A stretch of 64,000 nt of DNA from Geobacteraceae bacterium. GTDB lineage: Bacteria; Desulfobacterota; Desulfuromonadia; Geobacterales; Pseudopelobacteraceae. Within the stretch, counting starts at the first letter, position 1; every line of letters starts with the position of its first letter. Below the pieces are notes generated by a model. It was not told the origin of the DNA. It searched no databases and saw only the letters and a list, made by a program, of their open reading frames with translations. Positions 30,051-39,468 of this stretch are shown here, in pieces. The position numbers and the translations under genes were made by a program. The stretch is from contig DAINBV010000012.1 of assembly GCA_036732725.1 (NCBI GenBank), forward strand, positions 13,524 through 77,523, given 5' to 3'.

Positions 30051-30553
30051 CAGCGATCACAGCGGCAATTCTGACCTTGAGTGATAAAGGGGCGCGGGGG
30101 GAACGGATTGATGAAAGCGGCCCGGGACTGGCGGCCTGGCTGGAAGAGCGGGGAGTTCCGACCGTGGCAAGCGAGATCATTCCCGATGAATTCGATCAGA
30201 TCGTGGAGACACTCTGTAACTGGGCCGACCAGGATGTGGCCCAGCTGATCCTCACCACCGGTGGAACCGGGGTGTCACCACGGGATGTGACCCCCGAAGC
30301 GACAACCAAGCTCTGTCAGCGCATGATCCCCGGAATCGGAGAACTGATGCGTCTGAAAAGCCTGGAGATTACCCCCATGGCAGCGCTGTCACGCGCCTGT
30401 GCCGGTATCCGTAACCGGACCTTGATCATCAACCTTCCCGGCAGCCCCAAGGCAGCCAAGGAAAACCTGGCCGCGATCTGGCCGGTTATCGGTCATGCGG
30501 TGGAAAAGATCCGTGGCGGCCAGGAAGACTGCGCCGGCAAGTTCCGTTTATAG
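30047..30553 (+). CDS. mog: Molybdopterin adenylyltransferase / MoaB-MogA family protein
   Basis: LTLSDKG..G...D.SGP, LILTTGGTGVSPRDVTPEAT, NLPGSPKA; closely parallels E. coli MogA. ATGA overlap with moaC. Confidence 0.8.
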   Translation: MTAITAAILTLSDKGARGERIDESGPGLAAWLEERGVPTVASEIIPDEFDQIVETLCNWADQDVAQLILTTGGTGVSPRDVTPEATTKLCQRMIPGIGELMRLKSLEITPMAALSRACAGIRNRTLIINLPGSPKAAKENLAAIWPVIGHAVEKIRGGQEDCAGKFRL

Positions 30554-32851
30554 CGCCGCAGCCAGCACGTCGCGGGCATCATCCACAAAAATGAATTCCA
30601 GCTCTTCCCGCACATTTTCCGGGATATCCTCCAGATCATCGCGGTTGCGCGATGGCGCAATAATAGTGTGAACACCCGCCCGATGGGCTGCCAGCACCTT
30701 TTCCTTCAGGCCGCCGATCGCCAGGACCCGCCCGGTCAGCGTAATCTCGCCGGTCATGGCCACGTTACGCCGGGCCGCTTTATCCGTCAGAAGTGAAACC
30801 AGCGCCGTAACCATGGTGACGCCGGCTGATGGGCCATCCTTGGGAATCGCACCGGAAGGTACGTGGATGTGGATGGTGCGATTTTCAAAGGCCGACGCTT
30901 CAATGCCAAAATCAGCGGCATGCGCCTCGATGTAGGAGAGCGCCGCCCGCGCCGATTCCTTCATCACATCCCCCAGCGATCCGGTCAGAATCAGCTCCGC
31001 CTTGCCCGGCATGGAGGTCGCTTCCACAAAAAGAATATCCCCGCCAACTTCCGTCCAGGCCATGCCGGTGACCACACCGACCCGGTCTGCTTCTGCCGCA
31101 ACTTCATTATGGTATTTACGGGCTCCCAGCAGTTCGGTCACAATTTCCGGGGTGATGATGCTGCGCGGTTCCTTGTTCTGGCTGATCTCTTTTGCCACCT
31201 TGCGACAGATCGTACCGATCGTGCGCTGCAGGCTGCGTACGCCGGCTTCGCGGGTATATTCGGTGATGATACGAATCACGGCATCATCACGGAACTCCAG
31301 CGGATGCGACGCCAGGCCGTTTTCTTCCGTCTCTCGCTTGATCAGGAAGTTACGGCTGATAAACAGTTTCTCTTCCGTGCTGTAGCCGGAGAGGCGAATG
31401 ATCTCCATGCGATCCTTGAGTGGCCCCGGGATTGGATCGAGCTGATTGGCGGTGGTAATGAACATCACCTTTGACAGGTCAAAGGGGACATCCAGGTAAT
31501 GATCCTGAAAAGAAAAATTCTGTTCCGGATCAAGCACTTCCAGCAAGGCACTGGAGGGGTCGCCCCGGAAGTCATGCCCCAGCTTGTCGATTTCATCCAG
31601 CATGAACACCGGATTATTGGAACCACAGCGGAACAGCTCCTTCATGATTCTCCCCGGCAGCGCGCCGATGTAGGTGCGGCGGTGACCACGGATTTCCGCT
31701 TCATCCCGCATCCCACCCAGGGAAATCCGCACAAACTTTCTCCCCAGCGAGCGGGCAATCGAGCGTCCCAGACTGGTCTTACCAACGCCGGGAGGGCCGA
31801 CAAAGCAGAGCACCGGCCCTTTCATATCCGCTTTCAGTGAGCGCACCGCCAGGAATTCAAGGATGCGCTCCTTCACTTTTTTCAGGTTGTAATGATCTGC
31901 ATTCAGGGTTTCTTCCGCCTTGGTAACATCCAGATTATCATCGGTGCCGATGTTCCACGGCATACCGGCCAGGTAATCCAGATAGGTGCGCGCCACATTA
32001 TGTTCCGGTGAGGCTGGGTTGATCCGTTCCAGTCGTTTCAGTTCCTTATCGGCGACTTTTTTGACTTCCGGCGGCAGCTTGGCATCATCGAGCTGGTGGC
32101 GTATTTCATCAAGATCAGGGTTCTTGGACTCATTTTCCCCCAACTCCTCCTGAATATGTTTCATCTGCTCCCGCAGAATATAGTCTTTCTGGTTTTTCCC
32201 AACCCGCCTGGTCACTTCGTTGGAAACCTCGTTTTTGACCTGCATCCGCTGGACTTCGTTGGTCAGGTGCACATACACCTTTTTCAACCGTTCCAGCGGA
32301 TCGATGGTTTCCAGCAATTCCTGCTGCTGCGGGAGCGGAAGATTGACATACAGCGCCACCAGATCCGAGAGGCGCGCCGGGTTATCAATATAATCGATCA
32401 TCTTCATGACATCATCGGGAAGCGGCTTGCCGTTGGAAAGGGATATTTTCAGCAGCGCATTCAGACTTTGCACCAACGCTTCCGACACCATGGTCTTTTC
32501 CGCAAATTCACGCACCAGCTCGCCATGCACCAGCGTACATGCCTCGATCGGCTCCGTTTCGATCACCCGCAGCCGGCTGAGCCCCTCCAGAGTCACCTTG
32601 AATCTTCCATCACCGATTTTCTTGATCTGGTTGACCCGGCAGAGGGTTCCAATGCTGTACGGCTCATTTGGATCCTGATCCGGAAGTTGCAGCAGGACAC
32701 AGACCATTTTATCGTAATGATCCGCCTCAACAAACGGTTGCAATTCGCGATCATTAACAAACACCGGAAAGACCATATAGGGGAAGGGAACCATCTCCTT
32801 CTGGATAAACAGCGGTAACTTTTCAGGAATTTCAAGTGCGGTATGGGGCAT
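30548..32851 (-). CDS. lon: ATP-dependent Lon protease (endopeptidase La)
   Basis: LON N-domain, AAA+ Walker A GPPGVGKTS, Walker B MLDEIDK, protease PKDGPSAGV with catalytic Ser. Confidence 0.95.
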   Translation of the reverse strand: MPHTALEIPEKLPLFIQKEMVPFPYMVFPVFVNDRELQPFVEADHYDKMVCVLLQLPDQDPNEPYSIGTLCRVNQIKKIGDGRFKVTLEGLSRLRVIETEPIEACTLVHGELVREFAEKTMVSEALVQSLNALLKISLSNGKPLPDDVMKMIDYIDNPARLSDLVALYVNLPLPQQQELLETIDPLERLKKVYVHLTNEVQRMQVKNEVSNEVTRRVGKNQKDYILREQMKHIQEELGENESKNPDLDEIRHQLDDAKLPPEVKKVADKELKRLERINPASPEHNVARTYLDYLAGMPWNIGTDDNLDVTKAEETLNADHYNLKKVKERILEFLAVRSLKADMKGPVLCFVGPPGVGKTSLGRSIARSLGRKFVRISLGGMRDEAEIRGHRRTYIGALPGRIMKELFRCGSNNPVFMLDEIDKLGHDFRGDPSSALLEVLDPEQNFSFQDHYLDVPFDLSKVMFITTANQLDPIPGPLKDRMEIIRLSGYSTEEKLFISRNFLIKRETEENGLASHPLEFRDDAVIRIITEYTREAGVRSLQRTIGTICRKVAKEISQNKEPRSIITPEIVTELLGARKYHNEVAAEADRVGVVTGMAWTEVGGDILFVEATSMPGKAELILTGSLGDVMKESARAALSYIEAHAADFGIEASAFENRTIHIHVPSGAIPKDGPSAGVTMVTALVSLLTDKAARRNVAMTGEITLTGRVLAIGGLKEKVLAAHRAGVHTIIAPSRNRDDLEDIPENVREELEFIFVDDARDVLAAAL

Positions 32852-32964
32852 TTTGTCTGTTCCTTTATGTACTGTTCTTCAAGACCTTTATATCAGGACA
32901 TTATGCAGGAAAAATGCGTTCTCTGTTGACATGACAACACGTTCAGCAGGAGGTTCACCGTTCT

Positions 32965-33546
32965 CTACACCGGACGCCCTTGTCGTTCCTGCACTGCTAC
33001 GACCTGAACAGGAACTTTCAAACCCGACAGGTCATGGTACAGCTGTGCTAAAAAACGGATCGTCACCAGCCGATGAATGGCGGCCTGGGTCAGACGATAG
33101 AGCCAACGACGGAGCAATGAGGGGCGCGAACTCCCCAGAAGCAGGGGGCAATAATCGGAGAGCTGCAACGAGACCTTGACCCCACCCGCCATCGTTTCAA
33201 CCCCAAAGCGTACTTGACCGCGATGGCACTGCCGGCGTTGCACCAGCAGACCGCCGCAAATTCTGATCACCAGATCATCACCCTCACGAACTGCAGGGAG
33301 GAAGCTGATCAAGGGAGCTTTTTGATATCCTAACAAACGAAATTCAATACCACTTTCAGCGATGGCCGGACGAATGACCGACCATGTGGCGCTGCGCAGA
33401 TACCCCAAATATCGTTCCAGCAAGATTACCGGTGTCAGATCACAGGCGATTTCGGCGGGAAACAATGACCATTGCACGGAAAAAATTGATGAATCTTCCA
33501 GCAGAACCTGCTGACACGCTATTTGCTGATGGCGACGATTCCCCAT
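32965..33546 (-). CDS. Hypothetical protein (193 aa)
   Basis: The ORF lies downstream of the beta-barrel gene on the same strand. ATG 33546 is chosen to avoid overlapping that gene; the track start at 33687 would overlap by 100 nt. No motif recognised. Confidence 0.4.
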   Translation of the reverse strand: MGNRRHQQIACQQVLLEDSSIFSVQWSLFPAEIACDLTPVILLERYLGYLRSATWSVIRPAIAESGIEFRLLGYQKAPLISFLPAVREGDDLVIRICGGLLVQRRQCHRGQVRFGVETMAGGVKVSLQLSDYCPLLLGSSRPSLLRRWLYRLTQAAIHRLVTIRFLAQLYHDLSGLKVPVQVVAVQERQGRPV

Positions 33547-33586
33547 CGTTACCCTGCCTTGGCTACAACCGTTACGCCCATACTCG

Positions 33587-34483
33587 CTACCATCCCAGAT
33601 CCAGCGAAAATCTGAAGAACGGAGCAGAATCAAGCCGCAGATCGGGGCGATTGCCATCATAAAAGCAAAGGGAGCGATCAAAGGCATACCCGGCAGCAGC
33701 GGTCAATTTGACCGGCTCGACCGGAAGATAGCTGACACCGCCCGAGATCTTGTAATCATTGTATTTGATCACCGAGGCTCCCACCAGGCTTTTGTTAACA
33801 TCATATTCATCACTGGCAAAATCACCTGCCAAAAACAGCCGTAGCTGGCGGGAGGCAATGTACGTGATTGCCGGACGCGGCATAATCGCATCAAAACGCC
33901 ACTGGGAGTTGGGCTGGTAACTGAAACCGAGTGCCGGAATAAAATTGCCGGCTTGATAGCCAATGCGGTACAGCAAACCGCCAATCAGGGTAAAGCCGTT
34001 ATCAAAACCATATCCCCCCAGCGCCAGGAGCGGTATACGGAGTCTGCTTCCGCTTCCCCCGTCAAAATCACTGTTCAAGCCGGGAACAACGGTAAACGAG
34101 GCAAAGGCCTGTGACGAAAAACGGTAGCGGCTGCCAAGCTCAAGCGACACGGCATACAGATCATGTGGTAAGGCCACGCTTGATGGCGCCTCAATCTGCT
34201 TGAGCCCATAGCCGCCACCGATGCTGAAGCTTAAACGGTCATCCACATGCTGGTTGCGACTGAGCTTGAAACGATAATCGGTGATGGCTGCATCGGCAGT
34301 AGTGCCATGCAGCTCGGCTGCCGGCAAGAGCTGAATTGAGGCCGAAAGATCCCAGTTGCTGGCTGCCCGCACCGTTCGTTGCTCGGCTTTCGGTTCCTGT
34401 TCGGCGGCAAAAGCCGGGCGGATGGTTACTAACAACAGAAAGAACGCCATCAGAATGCGGTGATACCTGTCTGTACGGCACAT
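33587..34483 (-). CDS. Putative outer-membrane beta-barrel protein
   Basis: Signal peptide (...LLLVTIRPAFA/AEQE), alternating amphipathic beta-strand pattern, and C-terminal aromatic residue (FRFSLDLGW). Confidence 0.5.
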   Translation of the reverse strand: MCRTDRYHRILMAFFLLLVTIRPAFAAEQEPKAEQRTVRAASNWDLSASIQLLPAAELHGTTADAAITDYRFKLSRNQHVDDRLSFSIGGGYGLKQIEAPSSVALPHDLYAVSLELGSRYRFSSQAFASFTVVPGLNSDFDGGSGSRLRIPLLALGGYGFDNGFTLIGGLLYRIGYQAGNFIPALGFSYQPNSQWRFDAIMPRPAITYIASRQLRLFLAGDFASDEYDVNKSLVGASVIKYNDYKISGGVSYLPVEPVKLTAAAGYAFDRSLCFYDGNRPDLRLDSAPFFRFSLDLGW

Positions 34484-34504
34484 ACTATCCCCCTGTTGAT
34501 TAAT

Positions 34505-34837
34505 TTATTCCACTTCTATTTCCCGCACCCGCATTTCTTCGCCAGCCACGATTTGCAACCGGTAACTACCGCAGCGCTCACACGGCGCATACAGCGACGT
34601 AACGCCCATTTCAGCGCCACACTCCAGACAATGGGCCATCCCCGGCACACGAATGATATTCAAGCGCGCTCCCTCCAGGGAGGTTCCTATACTACACGCC
34701 TCAAAACAAAATTCAACCGCTTCCGGCACAATGGAACCAAGTTCACCAATTTCCACATCGACGGAAACTACCCGCTGCCCGCCGGCATGGCTCTGGCAGA
34801 TTTCTATAATACCTTCGGTTATGGACATTTCATGCAT
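34505..34837 (-). CDS. hypA: Hydrogenase nickel-insertion / maturation factor HypA
   Basis: MHEMSITEGI N-terminus (Ni site MHE) and zinc site CLECG...CERCG. I prefer ATG 34837 (RBS GGAGA) to the track TTG at 34849. Confidence 0.85.
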   Translation of the reverse strand: MHEMSITEGIIEICQSHAGGQRVVSVDVEIGELGSIVPEAVEFCFEACSIGTSLEGARLNIIRVPGMAHCLECGAEMGVTSLYAPCERCGSYRLQIVAGEEMRVREIEVE

Positions 34838-34885
34838 GCTCATCTCCAAGCTGGTTAAGAAAACCTTACCACACCAAACTGCAGA

Positions 34886-34921
34886 TAAAAAAAAGCCTGC
34901 GGGAACTCCCGCAGGCTTTTA
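34886..34921 (-). terminator. Rho-independent terminator after the small lipoprotein gene
   Basis: AGCCTGCGGGA/TCCCGCAGGCT perfect inverted repeat (34894-34917). The minus strand is followed by a T8 run; the plus strand has T4. Confidence 0.75.
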
Positions 34922-34942
34922 GATCCGAAGCAAACTTCCGGA

Positions 34943-35176
34943 TTAGTGTTTTTTCTCAGCAGCAGGTGCAGCAGCAGGAGCAGCAGCATCAGCAGGTTTT
35001 GCAGCATCAGCAGGAGCAGGAGCAGCAGCGCCTTTAGCTGACATAGGAGCCTGAACAGGTTTCGGAGCTTCTACAGCAGGAGCAGGAGCAGGAGCTTCTT
35101 CTTTCTTTTTGCAGCCAGCAGCAAAAGATGCAAGTGCAAGTACCAGAGCCAGGGAGATCAGTTTTTTCATTTTCAT
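34943..35176 (-). CDS. Small Ala/Pro-rich lipoprotein
   Basis: Lipobox LASFAAGC after a typical signal peptide. The mature part is low complexity (APAPAPAVEAPKP...AAAPAAAPAAEKKH), encoded by reiterated GCAGCAGGAGCA-type DNA. Confidence 0.7.
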   Translation of the reverse strand: MKMKKLISLALVLALASFAAGCKKKEEAPAPAPAVEAPKPVQAPMSAKGAAAPAPADAAKPADAAAPAAAPAAEKKH

Positions 35177-35241
35177 TCACCTCAAGTTTGATTTACCATT
35201 TAAACGCACAAAGCGTATGGTTCTTAAATAAGCAAATTGGG

Positions 35242-35269
35242 AATATACTCACGCTGAAGAGTTTGTCAA
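35242..35269 (-). promoter_or_regulatory. Sigma-70-type promoter of the small lipoprotein gene
   Basis: The minus strand reads TTGACA (35269-35264), a 16-nt spacer, then TATATT (35247-35242). Confidence 0.45.
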
Positions 35270-35295
35270 TATATTTTTGAAATTTTGTGATTTTT

Positions 35296-36225
35296 TTAGT
35301 GTTTTTTCAGTAAAGCAATCATAGCCAGCGCCTGCTGAAACGTGTCGCCACCACCTTCCAGCCATTGGATGACAACCCCATGCCGTTCCAGACGCCGAAA
35401 CCACTTGACCTGTTGCTTGCTGAAACTATGAATGGCGGCATTGAGCCCCGCCACCATCTGGTCATAGTCGACCAATCCCTGCAAATAACGACCAATCCAG
35501 CGGTATTCCAGACCGTAATAGTCAAGCCGCTCCCAGCCGACCCCCTGCTGATGCAGCCGCTGAACCTCCTCCACCATGCCGCATTCCAGCCGCTGCATTA
35601 ATCGCAAGGTGATGCGCTGCTTCAACGCTTCCCGTTCCCAGCGGATACCGAAGACCAACGGTTTTAAACCATTGGGGGGCGAGAGCACTGCGTGCTGCCG
35701 CTCGGCATGGGCGATCTCAATGGCGCGCACGGTCCGGCTCCGTTCCAGCAGGTCGGTCGTATTGTGTTGCTGCGGCTTCAAGCTCTGCAGCAACTCCACC
35801 AACTGGAGATCGTCCTTATCCGCCAACTCTTCCCGCAGAGCCTGGTTGCAGGGAGCTTCAACCATGGCATAGCCGCGTAATACCGCATCCAGGTAGAGAC
35901 CGGTCCCACCACACAAGATCGGCAAGCGCTGTCGGTTGCAAATCCCGTCAAAGGCACCATTGAACTGGCGCAGAAATTCAAACAGGCTGAATTCCTCCCC
36001 GGCAGCGCAGCAATCGATCAGGTGGTACGGCACGTTGCCATATTCGTGCAGGTCTTTGCCGGTGCCGATATCCATCCCCCGAAACACCTGGCGGGAATCG
36101 GCGGAGATAATCTCACCCTCCAGCTCACGCGCCAGCGCCACTGCCAGCCGGGTCTTTCCCGAGGCAGTCGCGCCAAGTACCGTCACCAGATTGTAATCGG
36201 TTACTGCCATAGCGGTCAGATTCAT
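35296..36225 (-). CDS. miaA: tRNA dimethylallyltransferase
   Basis: P-loop GATASGKT, IISADSRQVFRGMDIGTGK, and GGTGLY motif. Confidence 0.9.
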   Translation of the reverse strand: MNLTAMAVTDYNLVTVLGATASGKTRLAVALARELEGEIISADSRQVFRGMDIGTGKDLHEYGNVPYHLIDCCAAGEEFSLFEFLRQFNGAFDGICNRQRLPILCGGTGLYLDAVLRGYAMVEAPCNQALREELADKDDLQLVELLQSLKPQQHNTTDLLERSRTVRAIEIAHAERQHAVLSPPNGLKPLVFGIRWEREALKQRITLRLMQRLECGMVEEVQRLHQQGVGWERLDYYGLEYRWIGRYLQGLVDYDQMVAGLNAAIHSFSKQQVKWFRRLERHGVVIQWLEGGGDTFQQALAMIALLKKH

Positions 36226-36315
36226 ACGGTTCCAGACTCCCGGCAGCTACTCATGCCAAATAAAGCACTTGTGTCAAATTGCTCCGGCACTCTATAATGC
36301 CGTCCGGAGGATTGC

Positions 36316-36906
36316 ATGGATATCAAACAGGCAACATTTATTAAAAGCGCTGTCAAGCCAAAGGACTTCCCGGAAACAACCTTACCGGAAGTCGCTTTCG
36401 TGGGGCGCTCCAACGTGGGTAAATCATCGTTGATCAACGTGCTGGCCAATCGCAAGGCACTGGTACGCACCAGTTCCACCCCCGGCCGCACCCAATTGAT
36501 TAATTTTTTCGATATCAACGGCGCCCTGACCTTGGTTGATTTGCCCGGCTACGGCTATGCCAAGGTGCCGCCCGACCTGAAAAAACAATGGGGACCAATG
36601 ATCGAGACCTACCTTGCCAGCCGCGACTGCCTGAAAGCGGTGGTAATTATTCTCGATATTCGCCGGGTTCCCTCGGAAGGGGATCTCAATATGCTGGGAT
36701 GGCTGGAACGCTACGGCATTCAGCCGATCATCGTCCTGACAAAATGTGACAAACTCTCAAAAAATGAACGTTCACAACAAACGGCCCTGATTGCCAAAAC
36801 CGTGCAACGGGATATCAACCTGATGCTCCCCTTTTCCGCTCTCTCCAAAGAGGGACGTGACCGGATCTGGCAGGAGATCGCCATGTATCTGGAGCTTCAG
36901 CCATGA
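36316..36906 (+). CDS. engB: Ribosome-biogenesis GTPase EngB/YsxC/YihA
   Basis: G1 [13 protein letters not shown]2 PGRTQ, G3 DLPGYG, G4 TKCDK. RBS GGAGG. Confidence 0.9.
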   Translation: MDIKQATFIKSAVKPKDFPETTLPEVAFVGRSNVGKSSLINVLANRKALVRTSSTPGRTQLINFFDINGALTLVDLPGYGYAKVPPDLKKQWGPMIETYLASRDCLKAVVIILDIRRVPSEGDLNMLGWLERYGIQPIIVLTKCDKLSKNERSQQTALIAKTVQRDINLMLPFSALSKEGRDRIWQEIAMYLELQP

Positions 36907-37748
36907 GCCGCCAGCACTCCACCACCATGCCCGACATGCAAAAGCAGCATGACACCCGGCGCATACCGATTTCCAAAGTCGGCGTCAAGGACATCACCTA
37001 TCCGATCGTCGTGATGGACAAGTGCCAGACTCTGCAACATACCATTGCCCGTGTCAATATGTATGTGGATCTCCCCCACCACTTCAAAGGGACCCACATG
37101 AGTCGCTTTGTGGAAATCCTCAACCGCCATCGCGAGCAGATTGCCCTGGACAAAATGGAAGATATCCTGCTGGAAATGAAGGACAAGCTCGGTTCCGACA
37201 GCGCCCATCTGGAGATCCAGTTCCCCTATTTTATCGACAAACAGGCGCCGGTGTCGGGCGCCCGCAGCCTGATGGAGTACGGGTGTGAGTTTTCAGCCTC
37301 CATGACCGATGCGCTCGATTTCGTACTGGGGATCAAAGTCCCTCTGACCTCACTCTGCCCCTGCAGTCGCGAGCTTTCCCGTTACGGCGCCCATAATCAA
37401 CGCAGCGTCATGACCGTGCGGGTACGCTACACCGATTTCATCTGGATTGAAGACCTGGTGGAACTGATCGAACAGTGCGGCAGCAGTCCGCTCTACTCCC
37501 TGCTCAAGCGCGAGGATGAAAAATACGTTACCGAGCAGGCCTACGAGAATCCCCGCTTTGTAGAGGATATGGTGCGGGAGGCCTACTCACGCCTGGCGGC
37601 AATGGACAACATCACCTGGTTTTCGGTGGAGACGGAAAATTTCGAGTCAATCCACAATCATTCCGCCTATGCGGCAGTTGAACTGGATCGACGTCCCAAC
37701 AGCTCCACTGCTCCGATTTCCGCAGCAAAGGAGCCGCGATCCCGATGA
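36903..37748 (+). CDS. folE2: GTP cyclohydrolase I type 2 (FolE2/MptA family)
   Basis: [28 protein letters not shown] and NQRS motifs of the FolE2 family. ATGA overlap with engB. Confidence 0.85.
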   Translation: MSRQHSTTMPDMQKQHDTRRIPISKVGVKDITYPIVVMDKCQTLQHTIARVNMYVDLPHHFKGTHMSRFVEILNRHREQIALDKMEDILLEMKDKLGSDSAHLEIQFPYFIDKQAPVSGARSLMEYGCEFSASMTDALDFVLGIKVPLTSLCPCSRELSRYGAHNQRSVMTVRVRYTDFIWIEDLVELIEQCGSSPLYSLLKREDEKYVTEQAYENPRFVEDMVREAYSRLAAMDNITWFSVETENFESIHNHSAYAAVELDRRPNSSTAPISAAKEPRSR

Positions 37749-38506
37749 AACCGGTATTCATCATCGCTGCCGTCCCCCAGGAAACGGTACTGTTGGAACA
37801 AACCGCCTGCCATATCAATCGCAAACGCTCGGTCGGGTTTGAATATGTTGAGGCAACCCTGGGGAGCATTCCGGTGGCGATCTGCGTCAGCGGTGTCGGC
37901 AAGATCAACGCCGCCTCCGCCACCAGCGCCATGATCGAGAGGATCAAACCGAGGGTGGTAATTTCCACCGGCTGTGCCGGGGCATACCGCGGAAGCGGCC
38001 TATCAATCGGGAGTCTGGCGGTCGCCAGCCATGAATGCCTGGCGGATGAAGGGGTCCAAACCTCCCTGGAATGGCTCGACATGAGACAAATCGGCCTGCC
38101 AACCCTTACCCGCGGCATGACCAGCTACTACAACGAACTACCTTTGGCAAAACACGCGGCTGAAAAAGCGATGCAACTGGCCGACTATTACGGTGTCCCC
38201 CTGACCCGCGGCCGTTTTGTTACCGTTTCCACCTGTAGCGGAAGCGAACAACGCGGGGAGCAGCTGGCACGACAGTACGGCGCAATCTGCGAAAACATGG
38301 AGGGGGGGGCAGTGGCTCAAGTCTGTTTGCGCTACGGCATCGATTGCCTTGAAATCAGGGGGATCAGTAACCTGGTGGAAGAACGAAACATGAAAAACTG
38401 GGATATCCCGCGCGCCGTCGAAGCGGCCCAACGATTTGTCCTCAAATATATTGAAGAAATGGATCGCCCGGCGCAGTCAACCGCCCACAAGGTAACAACT
38501 GAATAA
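37745..38506 (+). CDS. mqnB: Futalosine hydrolase / MTA-SAH-nucleosidase-family (PNP_UDP_1) protein
   Basis: CVSGVGKINAASAT, GCAGAY, and MEGGAVAQVC motifs of the nucleosidase family. The size and context fit MqnB, but substrate specificity cannot be read from sequence. ATGA overlap with folE2. Confidence 0.6.
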   Translation: MKPVFIIAAVPQETVLLEQTACHINRKRSVGFEYVEATLGSIPVAICVSGVGKINAASATSAMIERIKPRVVISTGCAGAYRGSGLSIGSLAVASHECLADEGVQTSLEWLDMRQIGLPTLTRGMTSYYNELPLAKHAAEKAMQLADYYGVPLTRGRFVTVSTCSGSEQRGEQLARQYGAICENMEGGAVAQVCLRYGIDCLEIRGISNLVEERNMKNWDIPRAVEAAQRFVLKYIEEMDRPAQSTAHKVTTE

Positions 38507-38543
38507 TATTCGACCAAGTCCATTCCCAACGTTTCTTCGACAC

Positions 38544-38583
38544 AAAAAAAACGCTGTGAAGTACAAGCTTCACAGCGTTTTTA
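38544..38583. terminator. Bidirectional Rho-independent terminator between convergent genes
   Basis: Perfect 12-bp stem AACGCTGTGAAG / CTTCACAGCGTT (38550-38579) with a 6-nt loop, flanked by an A7 run upstream and a T5 run downstream. Confidence 0.8.
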
Positions 38584-38604
38584 CCTTCAGACCGGAATTG
38601 CTAA

Positions 38605-39180
38605 TTATTTATCAATTGTGAATTCAGCTCTTCTGTTTTTTGCCCAGGCTGCTTCGTCATGTCCCTCAACAGCTGGCTTTTCCTTGCCATAGCTGATGAC
38701 AGAGAGACGGTCAGCTTTTACACCAAGGGTCAACAGGTACTGCAGGGCAGATTTTGCACGACGCTCACCAAGTGCCAGGTTGTATTCAGCAGAACCACGC
38801 TCATCGCAATGACCTTCAATTTTGATTTTTGCATCAGGAGTTGACTTCAACAGGATATCAGCATTTTTGGAGAGAACTTCACGGGCATCCTGACGCAGCT
38901 CTGATTTGTCAAAATCAAAGTAAACGGTTTCAAACGATGCGGCAGCAGGTGCTGCTTTGGCAGCCTGCTGTTCAACCGGCTTGGGAGCTTCTGCTTTTGG
39001 CTGTACAGCTTCCTGTGCAACCGGTTTCGGTGCTTCCGGCTTGGCTGGTTCCGGCTTTGGCTCAGCCTTGGTTACGGGTGCCGGTTCTTCTGCCTTGACA
39101 GCTTCCTTGTTGGCACAACCAGCTGCCAGTAAAGCTGCCATGCTGACTGCTGCGACGAGAGCTACGGTGGTTTTTTTCAT
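38605..39180 (-). CDS. OmpA-family peptidoglycan-associated lipoprotein (Pal-like)
   Basis: Lipobox LLAAGC and a Pro/Lys/Ala-rich linker. OmpA_C domain has FDFDKSELR...GHCDERGSAEYNLALGERRA. ATG 39180 has RBS GAAGGAGA. Confidence 0.8.
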   Translation of the reverse strand: MKKTTVALVAAVSMAALLAAGCANKEAVKAEEPAPVTKAEPKPEPAKPEAPKPVAQEAVQPKAEAPKPVEQQAAKAAPAAASFETVYFDFDKSELRQDAREVLSKNADILLKSTPDAKIKIEGHCDERGSAEYNLALGERRAKSALQYLLTLGVKADRLSVISYGKEKPAVEGHDEAAWAKNRRAEFTIDK

Positions 39181-39468
39181 ACTCAATTCTCCTTCAAACG
39201 TTATTTTTGAGGCAAGTGCCTGTCTCAATTCAATTTCATTGGTGTGACTGGGCGAATTATACACAACAAATAGCGTTTTGCAATGGCTAATACATTTATT
39301 TTTGAATCAATTAATATATTGCAGAAAGTGGCAAGCTACATGAGCAGAGGATCGTGCTTGTCACCTCCCATCAGCAAATCTTCTTTACAGAACAGCTCTT
39401 TTTCAGGTAATACCGCCACAGGCTTTAGATTCAACTCAATACTCAATCGCACTCGCAAGGGGAATACC

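Noticed and set aside
39283-39468. 186-nt in-frame 5' extension of rimO (track start)
   Set aside because: The extension has no similarity to MTTase N-termini. GTG 39469 has a proper RBS and gives the canonical length of about 448 aa.
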